Part shown: positions 1-9,600 of the stretch, piece after piece
Numbering within the stretch: position 1 is the first letter of the stretch
Layout: every line of letters begins with the position of its first letter
Origin: Tortispora ganteri
Taxonomy: Eukaryota
Direction: 5' to 3'
Length of the DNA: 20,000 nucleotides
Assembly: GCA_003707115.1 (NCBI GenBank)
Contig: PPNB01000009.1
Coordinates: 293,724 to 313,723, forward strand
Program-made: the position numbers and the translations under genes
Notes under the pieces: model-generated
The model's database searches: none
Told to the model about the DNA's origin: nothing
The model's input: the letters and a program-made list of their open reading frames with translations, nothing else

Positions 1-176
1 AAATCATCCTCTTTTAAACGATTTTGAGCATATTCCTTGTACTTGTCATCATCGACCTCATCATAGATATCTTCCTGATCGCTTTCGTAAGTAATTATTC
101 TAGTTTTACCAGATTTACGCAAAGCTCTAAGTTCTGCAAGTGCAGAGTTACTCACTGCTTTACTAGATCTGGACAT
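1..176 (-). CDS. POL1: DNA polymerase alpha catalytic subunit, N-terminal part (runs off the window edge)
   Basis: Manual translation from ATG at 176: MSRSSKAVSNSALAELRALRKSGKTRIITYESDQEDIYDEVDDDKYKEYAQNRLKEDD..., matching the Pol alpha N-terminal pattern (L.ELR.LR..GK....Y....EDIYDEVD...Y......RL..DDF). Upstream MCB boxes fit. Not in the ORF track. Confidence 0.92.
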   Translation of the reverse strand, partial: MSRSSKAVSNSALAELRALRKSGKTRIITYESDQEDIYDEVDDDKYKEYAQNRLKEDD

Positions 177-188
177 ATTTTTCTTTTT

Positions 189-247
189 TCGCGTTTTGGT
201 CGATATATTGTCACTAGGTGGGTTTGAATACGCGTTTGACTACGCGT
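189..247. promoter_or_regulatory. MCB (MBF/G1-S) boxes upstream of POL1
   Basis: Perfect ACGCGT at 230-235 and 242-247, plus TCGCGT at 189-194, all within ~70 bp of the POL1 ATG. POL1 is a classic MBF target in yeasts. Confidence 0.8.
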
Positions 248-572
248 AAATCCCGACCGTGCCACCCTGGACCTCAAGTCGAAGCTATATTGCAACGTTA
301 TCGCGACACCTTTAAAACCCACGTCAAATGTCCGACATAGGCTTTTTTTTTACCGCACTCTGAATATCTTAAACATTAAACACAGGTATTTCCTTTTATC
401 AAAGCCCGTTGTTATAAACAAACTATGATGCCTCAAAAATCAGAGGCACGCAATAAATAAAGTTCTGACAGTTATAACGTTCACTACACTTAACTTGAAA
501 CCCCGCTTTGATCCCAAGCATGATATAATCTTTCCCTGTACAACACTAACATCCCTACGCCCCAAAGCACAC

Positions 573-2105
573 ATGTCAACTATTGCAGAGTATCTAGCTG
601 CATTCATTTTATCCCCAAAAGAATATGAAAAGCTGTCAACATATTTGTCTAAAAAGAATTCAGAACTTATCTTAAGCGATTCTACCATAAAATCTCGCAT
701 TAGGACTGGTACCAGAACATTTTTGGGCGGCTACTCCCTATTAACAGTTGTTGATGCATTCAGCTTATTAAGATCTCGTCAAAGCAAAAAAAAGGCTTTT
801 TCGAAACAAGAAATTCTCTCACTTCTGTTAAGTAAGAAAAATTTCAAATGTTCTGGCTCGTTAATTCTGCTTATCGCACTCTATCAATCAGTACTATTTG
901 GTGAACGCAAGTTACTCAATCGAATTGAATCTCTTTTACCTTCAAGTAGGAGACTGAGACGGTTACGTAAACGCCTCAGAGTCACTACTGGACTTCTTCG
1001 GTCTAAACCTATAACTGCTTCAATTGCTGGTTTTGTTGCTGGTCTTGCTTTAGTTCTTCAACCAGACGACCATCGCCGTTCTATCATTGCCCTTTATTCA
1101 AGTATCAAAGCTATGGAAACCATAATAAATTATGCAAAAGACAATGGAATGCTGAATTGGCGACCCTCTTGGCTGAATACACAATTTCTTTTTGCAATAT
1201 CTACCGGTCAGTTACTTTACACTTTCTTTTTTGATCATGATTGCTGCCCTGAAACTTTTTCAAGAATGATGAAACGTTTCTCGTCAGGATTTATCCCCAC
1301 TAGGCCCCCTTCTTACTCAAAAAATTTACCTTGGCCCGACAAGGATGTTGTTATTTCTAAACTCTCTTTATTGCCTCGTGCTCGATACCCTCAGTTCCAG
1401 TCTCCGATGCTATCCGAGGGCAAACGATCTATCCCTCCTGTGTATTCCGACATTGAACCGGTACTGCAGATTGCCCATCCTGGAATAACTACTATGTATA
1501 GTGCCATAACACATCCTTTTGAGCCATCTAGCTTTAAGAATGCTACCGAGCATTCTCTATCTACACTGACTCAAGTATCCAAACTCATGTCTATAGCCTA
1601 TGGTGTTCTTTATTTGTTTCGTACTTTTGTCTCCAGAAAATCATTATCTTTGGAACAGAAGGTTCAAATGTTTTTGCAGTTTGTTAGAAGCTCGGTATTT
1701 GCCTCCTTGTTCCTATCTATCTCTTGGGTCGGAGGTGACATATCGCAATACATATTATCCAATAACAGATTACCACTCTATCGATTCAGACTTATTGGCT
1801 TTATTGCTGGCTTGACTGGATATATAGACGACTCTAAATTAAACAGAGGTCTGTACATATACACTATACGGTCTGCAATTTACTCATATTGGCGTCAGCT
1901 GGTCAAATACAAGGCTGTACATCCATTACCGAACGGAGATGTCTTACTATTCGCGCTCTCTTTGGGCATAATAATGGGTGTGTATGAACGCTCACCTAGA
2001 ACTATATCGAGCCCTACTGCCAGAAAGGTATTGAATGTCATTAAATCAGGTCATTTTGACGATCCAGAAACAAACTTAGATGAAAGATGCGGAAAGAATG
2101 AGTAG
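573..2105 (+). CDS. Multi-pass membrane protein, TMEM135/PMP52-like (possibly peroxisomal)
   Basis: First ATG of the 495-2105 ORF is at 573. Several hydrophobic segments and TMEM135-like motifs (SIAGFVAGLALVL...RRSIIALY, LFAISTGQLLYTF, PNGDVLLFALSLGIIMGVYE). Confidence 0.7.
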   Translation: MSTIAEYLAAFILSPKEYEKLSTYLSKKNSELILSDSTIKSRIRTGTRTFLGGYSLLTVVDAFSLLRSRQSKKKAFSKQEILSLLLSKKNFKCSGSLILLIALYQSVLFGERKLLNRIESLLPSSRRLRRLRKRLRVTTGLLRSKPITASIAGFVAGLALVLQPDDHRRSIIALYSSIKAMETIINYAKDNGMLNWRPSWLNTQFLFAISTGQLLYTFFFDHDCCPETFSRMMKRFSSGFIPTRPPSYSKNLPWPDKDVVISKLSLLPRARYPQFQSPMLSEGKRSIPPVYSDIEPVLQIAHPGITTMYSAITHPFEPSSFKNATEHSLSTLTQVSKLMSIAYGVLYLFRTFVSRKSLSLEQKVQMFLQFVRSSVFASLFLSISWVGGDISQYILSNNRLPLYRFRLIGFIAGLTGYIDDSKLNRGLYIYTIRSAIYSYWRQLVKYKAVHPLPNGDVLLFALSLGIIMGVYERSPRTISSPTARKVLNVIKSGHFDDPETNLDERCGKNE

Positions 2106-2196
2106 AAATGCTTAATGGATTACTCTAACTACCTAATTATATTGAGAATCAACATATTAATTAACCATTGTTTCATCAATTCATAAAATTATAAGT

Positions 2197-3630
2197 CTAA
2201 TACGCCTGATAGTGCCATTTAACGCATTTTCCATACCAATTCCTTTTTATGCATCTCTTAATACATCGTGACTCAGTATCATCATCCTTTGCAGGACATG
2301 ACGAAGGTGCAGGGCTCTTCGACACGGTACCATCTGGTGGCAAAGGATCTAAAGGAGGTGTTTCAATGGGGTCTCCATAATCCCAGTTAAAGCAATCTAT
2401 GCATTGTGGGGCATCAATGCATTTCGCAGTTTCGTTGTATGCCGCGATTATATCGCTAATGACGGTTTTTATACGATGGTTCACAAGTGAAACTCTCCAC
2501 CCTTTGTCTTCCACCACGTCGTAAATGCATTTTCGTCCAGTATGACAAACGCTTTCCATAGCATAACCACCTAACCAACACGTCGATCCTGGACCGGAAC
2601 ATGTACCCATATATATGGGATCAGCAGTGTGGCCAAAATGCCATATCGGTGTTCTTTCCACAGGAATTCCGGGAGGTAGAGGCAAGTGAAGTCTCTCAGC
2701 AGGTAGCTGTTCAGGTACTGCCTCGTATGTAACCGTTGGGACGCCATAAGTACGGCCTAGCAGAGCAGCTAAGGATCCACCTAATGAATGACCTGTAAGC
2801 CATAGTTGTGCTTTCGGGTACAGCGATCTAACATGGCTGTATATATCTAACGTTGCCTGATAGTACATCTCAGGAGAAGATATTGTTTCTTCAATACACT
2901 GCTGATTGCATTTGTAAGTGGACTCATAACAGCTGCAGACAGGTGTCCAAAGGTAGGAGACACGGGCGCAACAACAGGAAAATAGGACATTGTCATTCAA
3001 TTTGTCACGCGCAGTAGTGTCACCGCCAGCATCAAATATAGCAGCGCTTGTACCTTTAAATGCAATAACAGCAATAGACTCAGATTCATCCAAGAAAACA
3101 TGACCACGTACACCTGTAGAATTAAAGCCGAAATCGCTGTGATCGGTATAGTTCAGGTTGAGTTCTATCCAGCTGCCGCTATCGTCAGATTCGGAGTAGG
3201 CGTTATTGGACATTATAGCAAGAGCTAAAATTGTATCACGATCCGTTACATTTGGAACAATGATTTCACGAGTTTCCCATATATCATTAGGTCTATACTT
3301 GTCCTGCCTCATGTGAAATGTATCCTGGTAGCGTTCTGCAGGGACATCAGCCAGAAACCGTGAAGTACGGAATTCAGTCACCAGTTCCATTGGTTCAAAC
3401 ACTACAGCTTGATCTTTATATACAGATCCATCTAATTCAATTTTCGAAGACAGCGAGATAGGTGGGCCTGCTTTCATTATTGTGCCAGGTTTGACGTCCA
3501 TGCGTAGGAATCGGCCAGAATCAGAGCCGACACCGTGGTCCACAATGTGTGCCAAATGAAGACCATGTGCTTCAAAATCAGCATAAACATATAAACATAT
3601 ACACAATAAAGATATCAGAGCGAGAACCAT
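2197..3630 (-). CDS. ATG15: Vacuolar autophagy lipase Atg15 (class 3 lipase)
   Basis: N-terminal hydrophobic anchor from ATG 3630; VPNVTDRDT, IAFKGTS, DKLNDNVLFSCCCARVS, catalytic GHSLGG, HFGHTADPIYMGTC and GGYAMESVCHTG motifs; Cys-rich C-terminus. Confidence 0.96.
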   Translation of the reverse strand: MVLALISLLCICLYVYADFEAHGLHLAHIVDHGVGSDSGRFLRMDVKPGTIMKAGPPISLSSKIELDGSVYKDQAVVFEPMELVTEFRTSRFLADVPAERYQDTFHMRQDKYRPNDIWETREIIVPNVTDRDTILALAIMSNNAYSESDDSGSWIELNLNYTDHSDFGFNSTGVRGHVFLDESESIAVIAFKGTSAAIFDAGGDTTARDKLNDNVLFSCCCARVSYLWTPVCSCYESTYKCNQQCIEETISSPEMYYQATLDIYSHVRSLYPKAQLWLTGHSLGGSLAALLGRTYGVPTVTYEAVPEQLPAERLHLPLPPGIPVERTPIWHFGHTADPIYMGTCSGPGSTCWLGGYAMESVCHTGRKCIYDVVEDKGWRVSLVNHRIKTVISDIIAAYNETAKCIDAPQCIDCFNWDYGDPIETPPLDPLPPDGTVSKSPAPSSCPAKDDDTESRCIKRCIKRNWYGKCVKWHYQAY

Positions 3631-3909
3631 TGTGTTTCTGAATGTATATAAGATTGTCCAGTCAGATCGACTATGCGATGGCAAATAGTTGGGTAACTTG
3701 AGAGGCAATGAAGACGATCAAAACAATAAAGCAACGAGCAGCGGGAAAGTACTATCTGTTATATAAACAGCAATGCCCCAGCAGTATATAATTGTTGTTT
3801 TATTTTTTTTGAATATATCACTGTAGTTTTAGTGGCGTGGGGAAGGAAGTAGTACTTTGTAATGCCTACACAGCCTAATATTGATGCAGGGTTGGGCAGA
3901 GAGGTAAAG

Positions 3910-3920
3910 GATAAGATAAA
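3910..3920. promoter_or_regulatory. Overlapping tandem GATAA sites upstream of ATG15
   Basis: GATAAGATAAA ~280 bp upstream of the ATG15 start; GATA-factor consensus, but short and AT-rich. Confidence 0.25.
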
Positions 3921-4172
3921 GCAAGCCCATAAACTGTTGGGACCAAAGCCTTTTCAGGAATGACACTTAAACCTTAATACCATTTGAAGGGGGTCGAGCC
4001 AACGAAGCAGTATATCTGAATAATTCAATGTAACCTGTATGAATCTCATAAACATTAAAACATGTATATTGCTTGTTTTCCAAGCAAAATAAATTCTAAA
4101 AGCAAAAATTAACATTCAGCAGTTGGAACAGTTACGGTCTGGAGAAACAGTTAGATGCTAGGTAGGTAGCAA

Positions 4173-5930
4173 CTAATGCAAAGCAAAAGCATTCTCCAAG
4201 TGAGCTCTAGAAGACGAATCATTAGCTTTGGCCTCAGTCAATCCAGTCCCACTAGTATTAGAAGAGTTCTGTATAGCCTCAATATCGTTTGGATGTCCAT
4301 TGGTACTGCTAGTCTCAACAGCTGGCAATGTGTGATCCAAATCCTGCATACTAAACACATCAGCGTTTACAGTTGAGACATCAGTAGAAGAGGTTGCTGT
4401 TATTTCATTTCCACCAGAAGGTGAAGAAGATATAGCTATGGGGAGATCATCGTCGGCGTCAGTAACTAGAATATCTATATTCCCTTCATCATTGTGCTCA
4501 TGTTGTGTCTGAGATCTAACTTCCTGCAAATCTCTCAATCTGCGCTCTTCTTCATCCAAAAGTGATATCCTAATAGCTTCCATAACCATCATTTCTTCTA
4601 AATCCTGAGCACGACGCGATGCTCGGCGTGACTCGCGCGTAGAATATCGTCGACCAGTACCATTCCGATATCTACGTGCATTTAGCTCTGCCGAATTTCC
4701 CATGAACACTGCATGGTGAATAGCAGTTGCATTTGCTGCAGTGCGTACGGCCTTAGCACGAGCTGCTGCAAGTTTACTGGCCCAATCAGGACGAATCATG
4801 TCAGTTGTTACAACTTGAGGAGAAAGAGGTGGCAGAGAGTGCCTCCGCCGTCTTCTATCCGCAAACGAGCCAGAATTAACTGAGGTAGGGGTATTATTTT
4901 CTGAGACTGAAACAGAAACAGGCTGTATAAAGTGAATAGAATGTGCAGATGTAGAAGTCTCGATAGGTGCAGCTGATTGTGTATTAGTGCAAGACGCTAT
5001 TATATCGGGCTTGTGAATATGCGATTCTTTAATTAATGCATTCGTGTGCGAACTTTTCGTAGGAGGTTTAATGCCTGTCTGTATGGGAGGAGGATTATAA
5101 AGAACACCAAAGTTTGGTTCAGCACAAAATGGACAACATGTAGGTTCTGATATCAATTCTTCTTCTTCTGGCAGTCCTGTGATATGGGAAGTTGAAACAG
5201 CCTGGTCAGGTGGTATCGCCACAGAATGAGCATCGTGTTGAGGTATTGGTTTGTGAGGTTCCGGTCTTTTCATTTGTACAAAACATTCAGAACAAATAGG
5301 CTGGTCGCAGCATCTGGTGAAGTTAACGAAGGGCGGATAATAGAGGAAGCAGATAGGGCATTCAACAGGCTCTCTATACAGGCGAATCATTTCGAGTTGC
5401 TGGTCAGAAAGGCGGCTGGAACTTCCGGTTCCTGGAGCAGTGATGCTAGTCGAAGAATCATACGAGTTGGATGAATCAGGTATAGGAAGTCCATTTATAG
5501 CGGCCAACAGCTGTGAGTCAGACCAGGAAGGCTCAAAGTCTTGGAGAGGTTTATAAAAGGGACTGAGTTTGCGTTCGATTTGAAGTTGAGCAACTTTTGT
5601 TTTGTTAAAATCTTGAGGGCCGGTATAGACGCCTTGAACCACAAGGTAGCCGCCATCGACAGTGTCAGTTGGGGATATTTCGATGTTAGCGCCAGAATCA
5701 TTATGAGCCGATGCATTGCGGGGAGATTGTAAGACAGTGAAAGGGGATTGCGCTAAGGATACGCGGCGATTAGCTGAGATCGGGACATTCCATTCATCGC
5801 GAGCGCCCCATTGAAGCAAAGATGCATGTGTAGGAGAAGTTTGGGATCCACGTCTGGCAGTATTATCGTGAGAGGATGGCGCAGAGTGTGAGGACCCCCT
5901 CCGTTTTTCTTTAGCGGCAATATTGCCCAT
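4173..5930 (-). CDS. SIP5: Sip5 (Reg1/Snf1-interacting RING-type zinc finger protein)
   Basis: MGN...KE N-terminus (possible myristoylation), VDGGYLV.QGVY...QDF, ERKLSPFYKPL, ECPICFLYYP..N.TRCCDQPICSECFVQMKR, CPFC, TTDMIRPDW and LEEMMVMEAIRISL motifs. Confidence 0.93.
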   Translation of the reverse strand: MGNIAAKEKRRGSSHSAPSSHDNTARRGSQTSPTHASLLQWGARDEWNVPISANRRVSLAQSPFTVLQSPRNASAHNDSGANIEISPTDTVDGGYLVVQGVYTGPQDFNKTKVAQLQIERKLSPFYKPLQDFEPSWSDSQLLAAINGLPIPDSSNSYDSSTSITAPGTGSSSRLSDQQLEMIRLYREPVECPICFLYYPPFVNFTRCCDQPICSECFVQMKRPEPHKPIPQHDAHSVAIPPDQAVSTSHITGLPEEEELISEPTCCPFCAEPNFGVLYNPPPIQTGIKPPTKSSHTNALIKESHIHKPDIIASCTNTQSAAPIETSTSAHSIHFIQPVSVSVSENNTPTSVNSGSFADRRRRRHSLPPLSPQVVTTDMIRPDWASKLAAARAKAVRTAANATAIHHAVFMGNSAELNARRYRNGTGRRYSTRESRRASRRAQDLEEMMVMEAIRISLLDEEERRLRDLQEVRSQTQHEHNDEGNIDILVTDADDDLPIAISSSPSGGNEITATSSTDVSTVNADVFSMQDLDHTLPAVETSSTNGHPNDIEAIQNSSNTSGTGLTEAKANDSSSRAHLENAFALH

Positions 5931-6240
5931 ACTATAAAAAAGAAAATATTTTCTTTAAACGGACACAAAAGGATAAATAGCAGTATAAAAGAAGAAATAG
6001 GAACAGAGAAAGTAAAAGTAGAATAAGTACGCGGCAAAAAACGTTTGAAATATATATGTGGAAGTTGCAATCGTAATGGATGTGCGTGGGAGCTAAGATA
6101 TCACAAGTTGCCAAATTTAAGCTTAGATTTTCTAACTGCTACGATCTGGAATGTGATTTGTTATTGAATTAACAATTGATTAGATATGTTCTTAATTCTA
6201 TCTATAGATGTATGCGATTGGATCGCTATATTTGAGTGTA

Positions 6241-6568
6241 GAAAAGGAAAGCCGTTTTCACTCCGGAAAGCGAACTTATTCGGTCTAAAATAAGAAGAGT
6301 TGCAGTTTTAATCCTATGTCTTTTATATGGAACCACCGAATTGAACCCAAAAACTAAGTTCGAATGGCAGTATGACCCTGATATAGAACGTAATACTGCG
6401 ATTTGGCTCTATCAATTGGTTTAGCCACCAAAATGTTTCCCTGGACCCTAACAAGCAGCTCCTTTTCGCCGTTCCTTTCCGTTGCTGGTGGGGAGGGAAA
6501 AACAAAACCTTAAATAAAAGCGCGGCTGTTAAGGTTTTGTTAGTGATAAACGCTGCTAACCGTTACAG
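6241..6568 (+). ncRNA. Unidentified highly structured RNA element (candidate ncRNA or structured intron)
   Basis: Closing helix 6250-6262/6542-6557; internal stems 6271-6278/6355-6362, 6279-6284/6335-6340, 6367-6373/6393-6399, 6404-6408/6423-6427, 6436-6442/6494-6500, 6454-6459/6481-6486, 6501-6513/6529-6541 (13 bp perfect). G-U pairs favour the + strand. Confidence 0.5.
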
Positions 6569-6585
6569 TGACACAACCTTTCTAT

Positions 6586-6591
6586 ACGCGT
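6586..6591. promoter_or_regulatory. MCB box upstream of PDS5
   Basis: ACGCGT ending 19 nt before the PDS5 ATG (6610). Cohesin genes including PDS5 are G1/S-regulated in budding yeast. Confidence 0.55.
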
Positions 6592-6609
6592 CTTTACCTG
6601 TATAAAATC

Positions 6610-9600
6610 ATGACTTCTACTAGTAAAGCAAAACATTCTGAAAAAGAATCCGATATTGATGAACTTTTAAACAAACTTGATTGGCTTAAATCACTTACTC
6701 AGGCGAGTTTCGATTCCTCTAAATACACGAAGCTCGTTAAACGCTTAACGAAGAAATCTTGTCTATATAGCAAGTCTGACCAGATATCACTAACCACCGC
6801 TTCCTGCATTGCACAAATCCTTCGATTATCTGCACCAAATCCTCCATATAAAGATCATGAACTCATGCTAATATTCAAGGCATTTAACCGTGTCATTTCT
6901 CACTGCTCGAATCCCAATTCTTCACATTTCTTAGCTTTTATAGACTTCCTCCGCACTCTTTCACTTTCTCAATCAATGGTACTTATCACTGATCTACCAG
7001 AATCACAAACTCTGATATTCTCCTTTGTTCAGGAAGTCTTCAAGTCCGTCTCTTCCTCTTCCCATAAGGAACGTGATGCACTTTTTACTGCTATCTTGGT
7101 AAGCGTGCTATCTGAATCCTCATCTTTCTCAGATAAGCTAATTGGCTCTCTTCTATCTACTTTAGCTACCCTTTCTGAAATTACTTCGAATGCCACGACA
7201 ATTCTTACCACCGCTCTGCGTGCTTCGGTTGACACCATGGCCCAGCCGATCTATAAATTTCTCGCTCCTTACTTCACTACAGACTTGCAACATAAGTACG
7301 ATGAGAAATCACTCCACAAGTTCCATGAAATCCTGGGGCCTTTATGGAATATCTCCCCTGAGTATGTAAAAAATCTGAACTCTTTATTGATTCAAGAATT
7401 CGTATCCGAAAACTCACAGTCTCGCGCTCTCGCAATGGATGCTATCTTCGGCATACTAAAGCAAGATCAAATATTGGCAAACTTCATTGCTACACACCCT
7501 CAGTCTTATTCTGCATTTCTAGCATGTAGTTATGATACGTCTGCTAGTGTGAAAACAAAATTTACTGCTCATTGCTTGAATCTCATTAAAATGCAAGGCC
7601 TGAAATCTGACCCGAAACTTCTTAGCTCGCTTTGTCTAGTTCTTTTGGATTCTGACGCATCTGTCAGGCGGACTGCATGCAAATATCTGGTAGAATATCA
7701 AAATGATCTAAATTTAGTTATTTCTATTGCCAAATCGCCGGACACCTATGAGACAGTTTGCGATCGCTGTCGTGACAAAGACTCAGATACCAGAGTAATG
7801 GCCGTCACTTTTCTTACATCTGCATATAATTTACTGCAGTCTAATAATGAAACAAATGGTTCTCAGGTACCGTCAACCTTTAGGAAGTTTCCTTCTACTT
7901 TTCTCTCGCTTTACTTGGTAGAAGATGACGTTCTTACAACCTGTTTGGACTCCTTGTTTTATACTAAACTCATCGCAATTATTGATGATCCTCAACAAGT
8001 TGTCGATAGAACATGTAAGTTTGTTTCAGCTTTGACCGAAGAGAGCTTTGAAATTTTTGTTGCAATAACTATGACTAGGAGATTGCAATATGTACATGCT
8101 TTGCAACAACAAGACCTGGAGAAAATTGAATCACTCATGCCAGAGTTAATATCATCATTGGAGAAAAAAGATGCTGACATCATCAGAGATATCTCAGATT
8201 CTAAAAGATCTTTATCTTACATACTGGAACACTGTGATAGTCTAAAGAACAGGAATAGCTATTCGTGTGAAGCACGAAAACTCATTGAGAACATCGTAAA
8301 CAGAGCGGCTGCTTTTCTTTATAACTCATCTACTACGAAATTGTTGATTAAGTCTATGAGGAATGAATATAGCGATCCGGCTAGAAAACTTGTTGAAGCC
8401 CTTTCAAATTATTCCCTGTCGGATTTAGAGGAGTTTGTGACTTGTTTTGAAGAGCATGTCATTTCTCAGGAATGCATACAGCAGAGCTTGATAATACTGA
8501 GACAAATTCTTTCCAACTCTGCTGAGCCACAAAAAGTATTATCTGAGAGATTCGTGGATTACATAACTGAACAGTTTTATTCCTTAGAGGATCCCATAGT
8601 GATGGGTCATTTTGCTTTTTTGATATTGAAAGCAGGAAGCTCCACTGGATTATCTGCCATTAAAAATTATCTGGGTGATGGTCCAATCGATTTGGTGAAT
8701 GATGAGTTATCTCAAGAGAAGTTAGCTATTTTGATTGAAATTCTCCGACATCACACAAATACCGATTTCATTCAAATAGATATATGCTTTGATAAAATCG
8801 TTAACATGCTTACTCAGTTGTCTCACAAGATCACAAACCAAGAAAATATAGAAGTGGACTTGAAGCAGGATATTCGCACTTTACCTTCTGATATCGTGGT
8901 GCTGATTCTAGGCATTCATTTTGTTGAGGCGTATGTGGAAAGGCAGAGTAACAGCGCAAATGATTTGACTAGAGTTCGCAAAGGTATACGCTCCTTGAGA
9001 GATCTAATTACACAACAGAAAGAACTTCCGGAAGTTTCGGACCTTAAATATCTTGCTCGTTTGAGATGGGAAGCAACGGAGTGTACATTGAATCTATGCG
9101 CTAACCCCAAAACTCAGGCATTTTTTACTCACCTAGAGAGAAGCGGACTACAAATTGCGGTCAGAGACTCTATTTCGTCAATTAGGGCATTGCTTTGTGA
9201 TACGATTGATCGTAATATCTGGTCAGGTAATCTCAGTATTCGCTATCTTCTACTACTGTTCTTGTATCCTCTTGAACGCGTATCTCAGATCGCTATCAAC
9301 AAGGCAAAAATCATCAAAGGCCGTCATGAAAAACTAGCAGATTATGGCAGACTAGATTTTGAAATGGTATTACCCAGGCTAATTGCTTTCCTAGCCGCAC
9401 AATTTGAAAAGCACGGTGGATTGTTAGATGAGTACAATTTAGTACAGTCTAACTCCGTCTTGAAAAGATACGTGAACATATACGTTCCATACTTAATGGG
9501 ATATTTTGTGCTGGTCACAAATGATCGCAATGCTCAATACCTGAACAGCATTTTGGAGGAATTGAGCTCTGGGTATCGCTTAACAGCTAATTCTTCATCT

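Noticed and set aside
24..227. 67-aa + strand ORF
   Set aside because: TTG start; antisense shadow of POL1.
5939..5956. 18-bp palindrome AAAGAAAATATTTTCTTT just upstream of SIP5
   Set aside because: Low-complexity AT-rich tract; likely chance or nucleosome-depleting sequence.
6328..6350. tRNA B-box-like GGTTCAATTC / RNase P-like AATTCGGTGG on the - strand
   Set aside because: No cloverleaf or T-stem, and the complementary ACCGAAT is too close for an RNase P P4 helix.
6374..6406. TPP riboswitch-like string CCUGAU...GUAAUAC.UGCG
   Set aside because: No upstream UGAGA, P4/P5 cannot form properly, and the neighbours are not thiamine genes.
6445..6452. ACCCTAAC as a telomerase RNA template for TTAGGG
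   Set aside because: Only 8 nt, partly within a predicted stem, no identifiable CR4/5 or U-A triple-helix pseudoknot, and the interval is short for a fungal TER. Equally explained as a telobox or chance.
6245..6570. SRP RNA on the - strand: starts ACUGUAACGGU (like the fungal Alu hairpin GCUGUAAUGGC), followed by a terminal helix and a U-rich end
   Set aside because: No recognisable helix 6/helix 8 S-domain motifs, internal T5 runs would risk Pol III termination, and G-U pairs favour the + strand. Not called, but should be tested with cmsearch.
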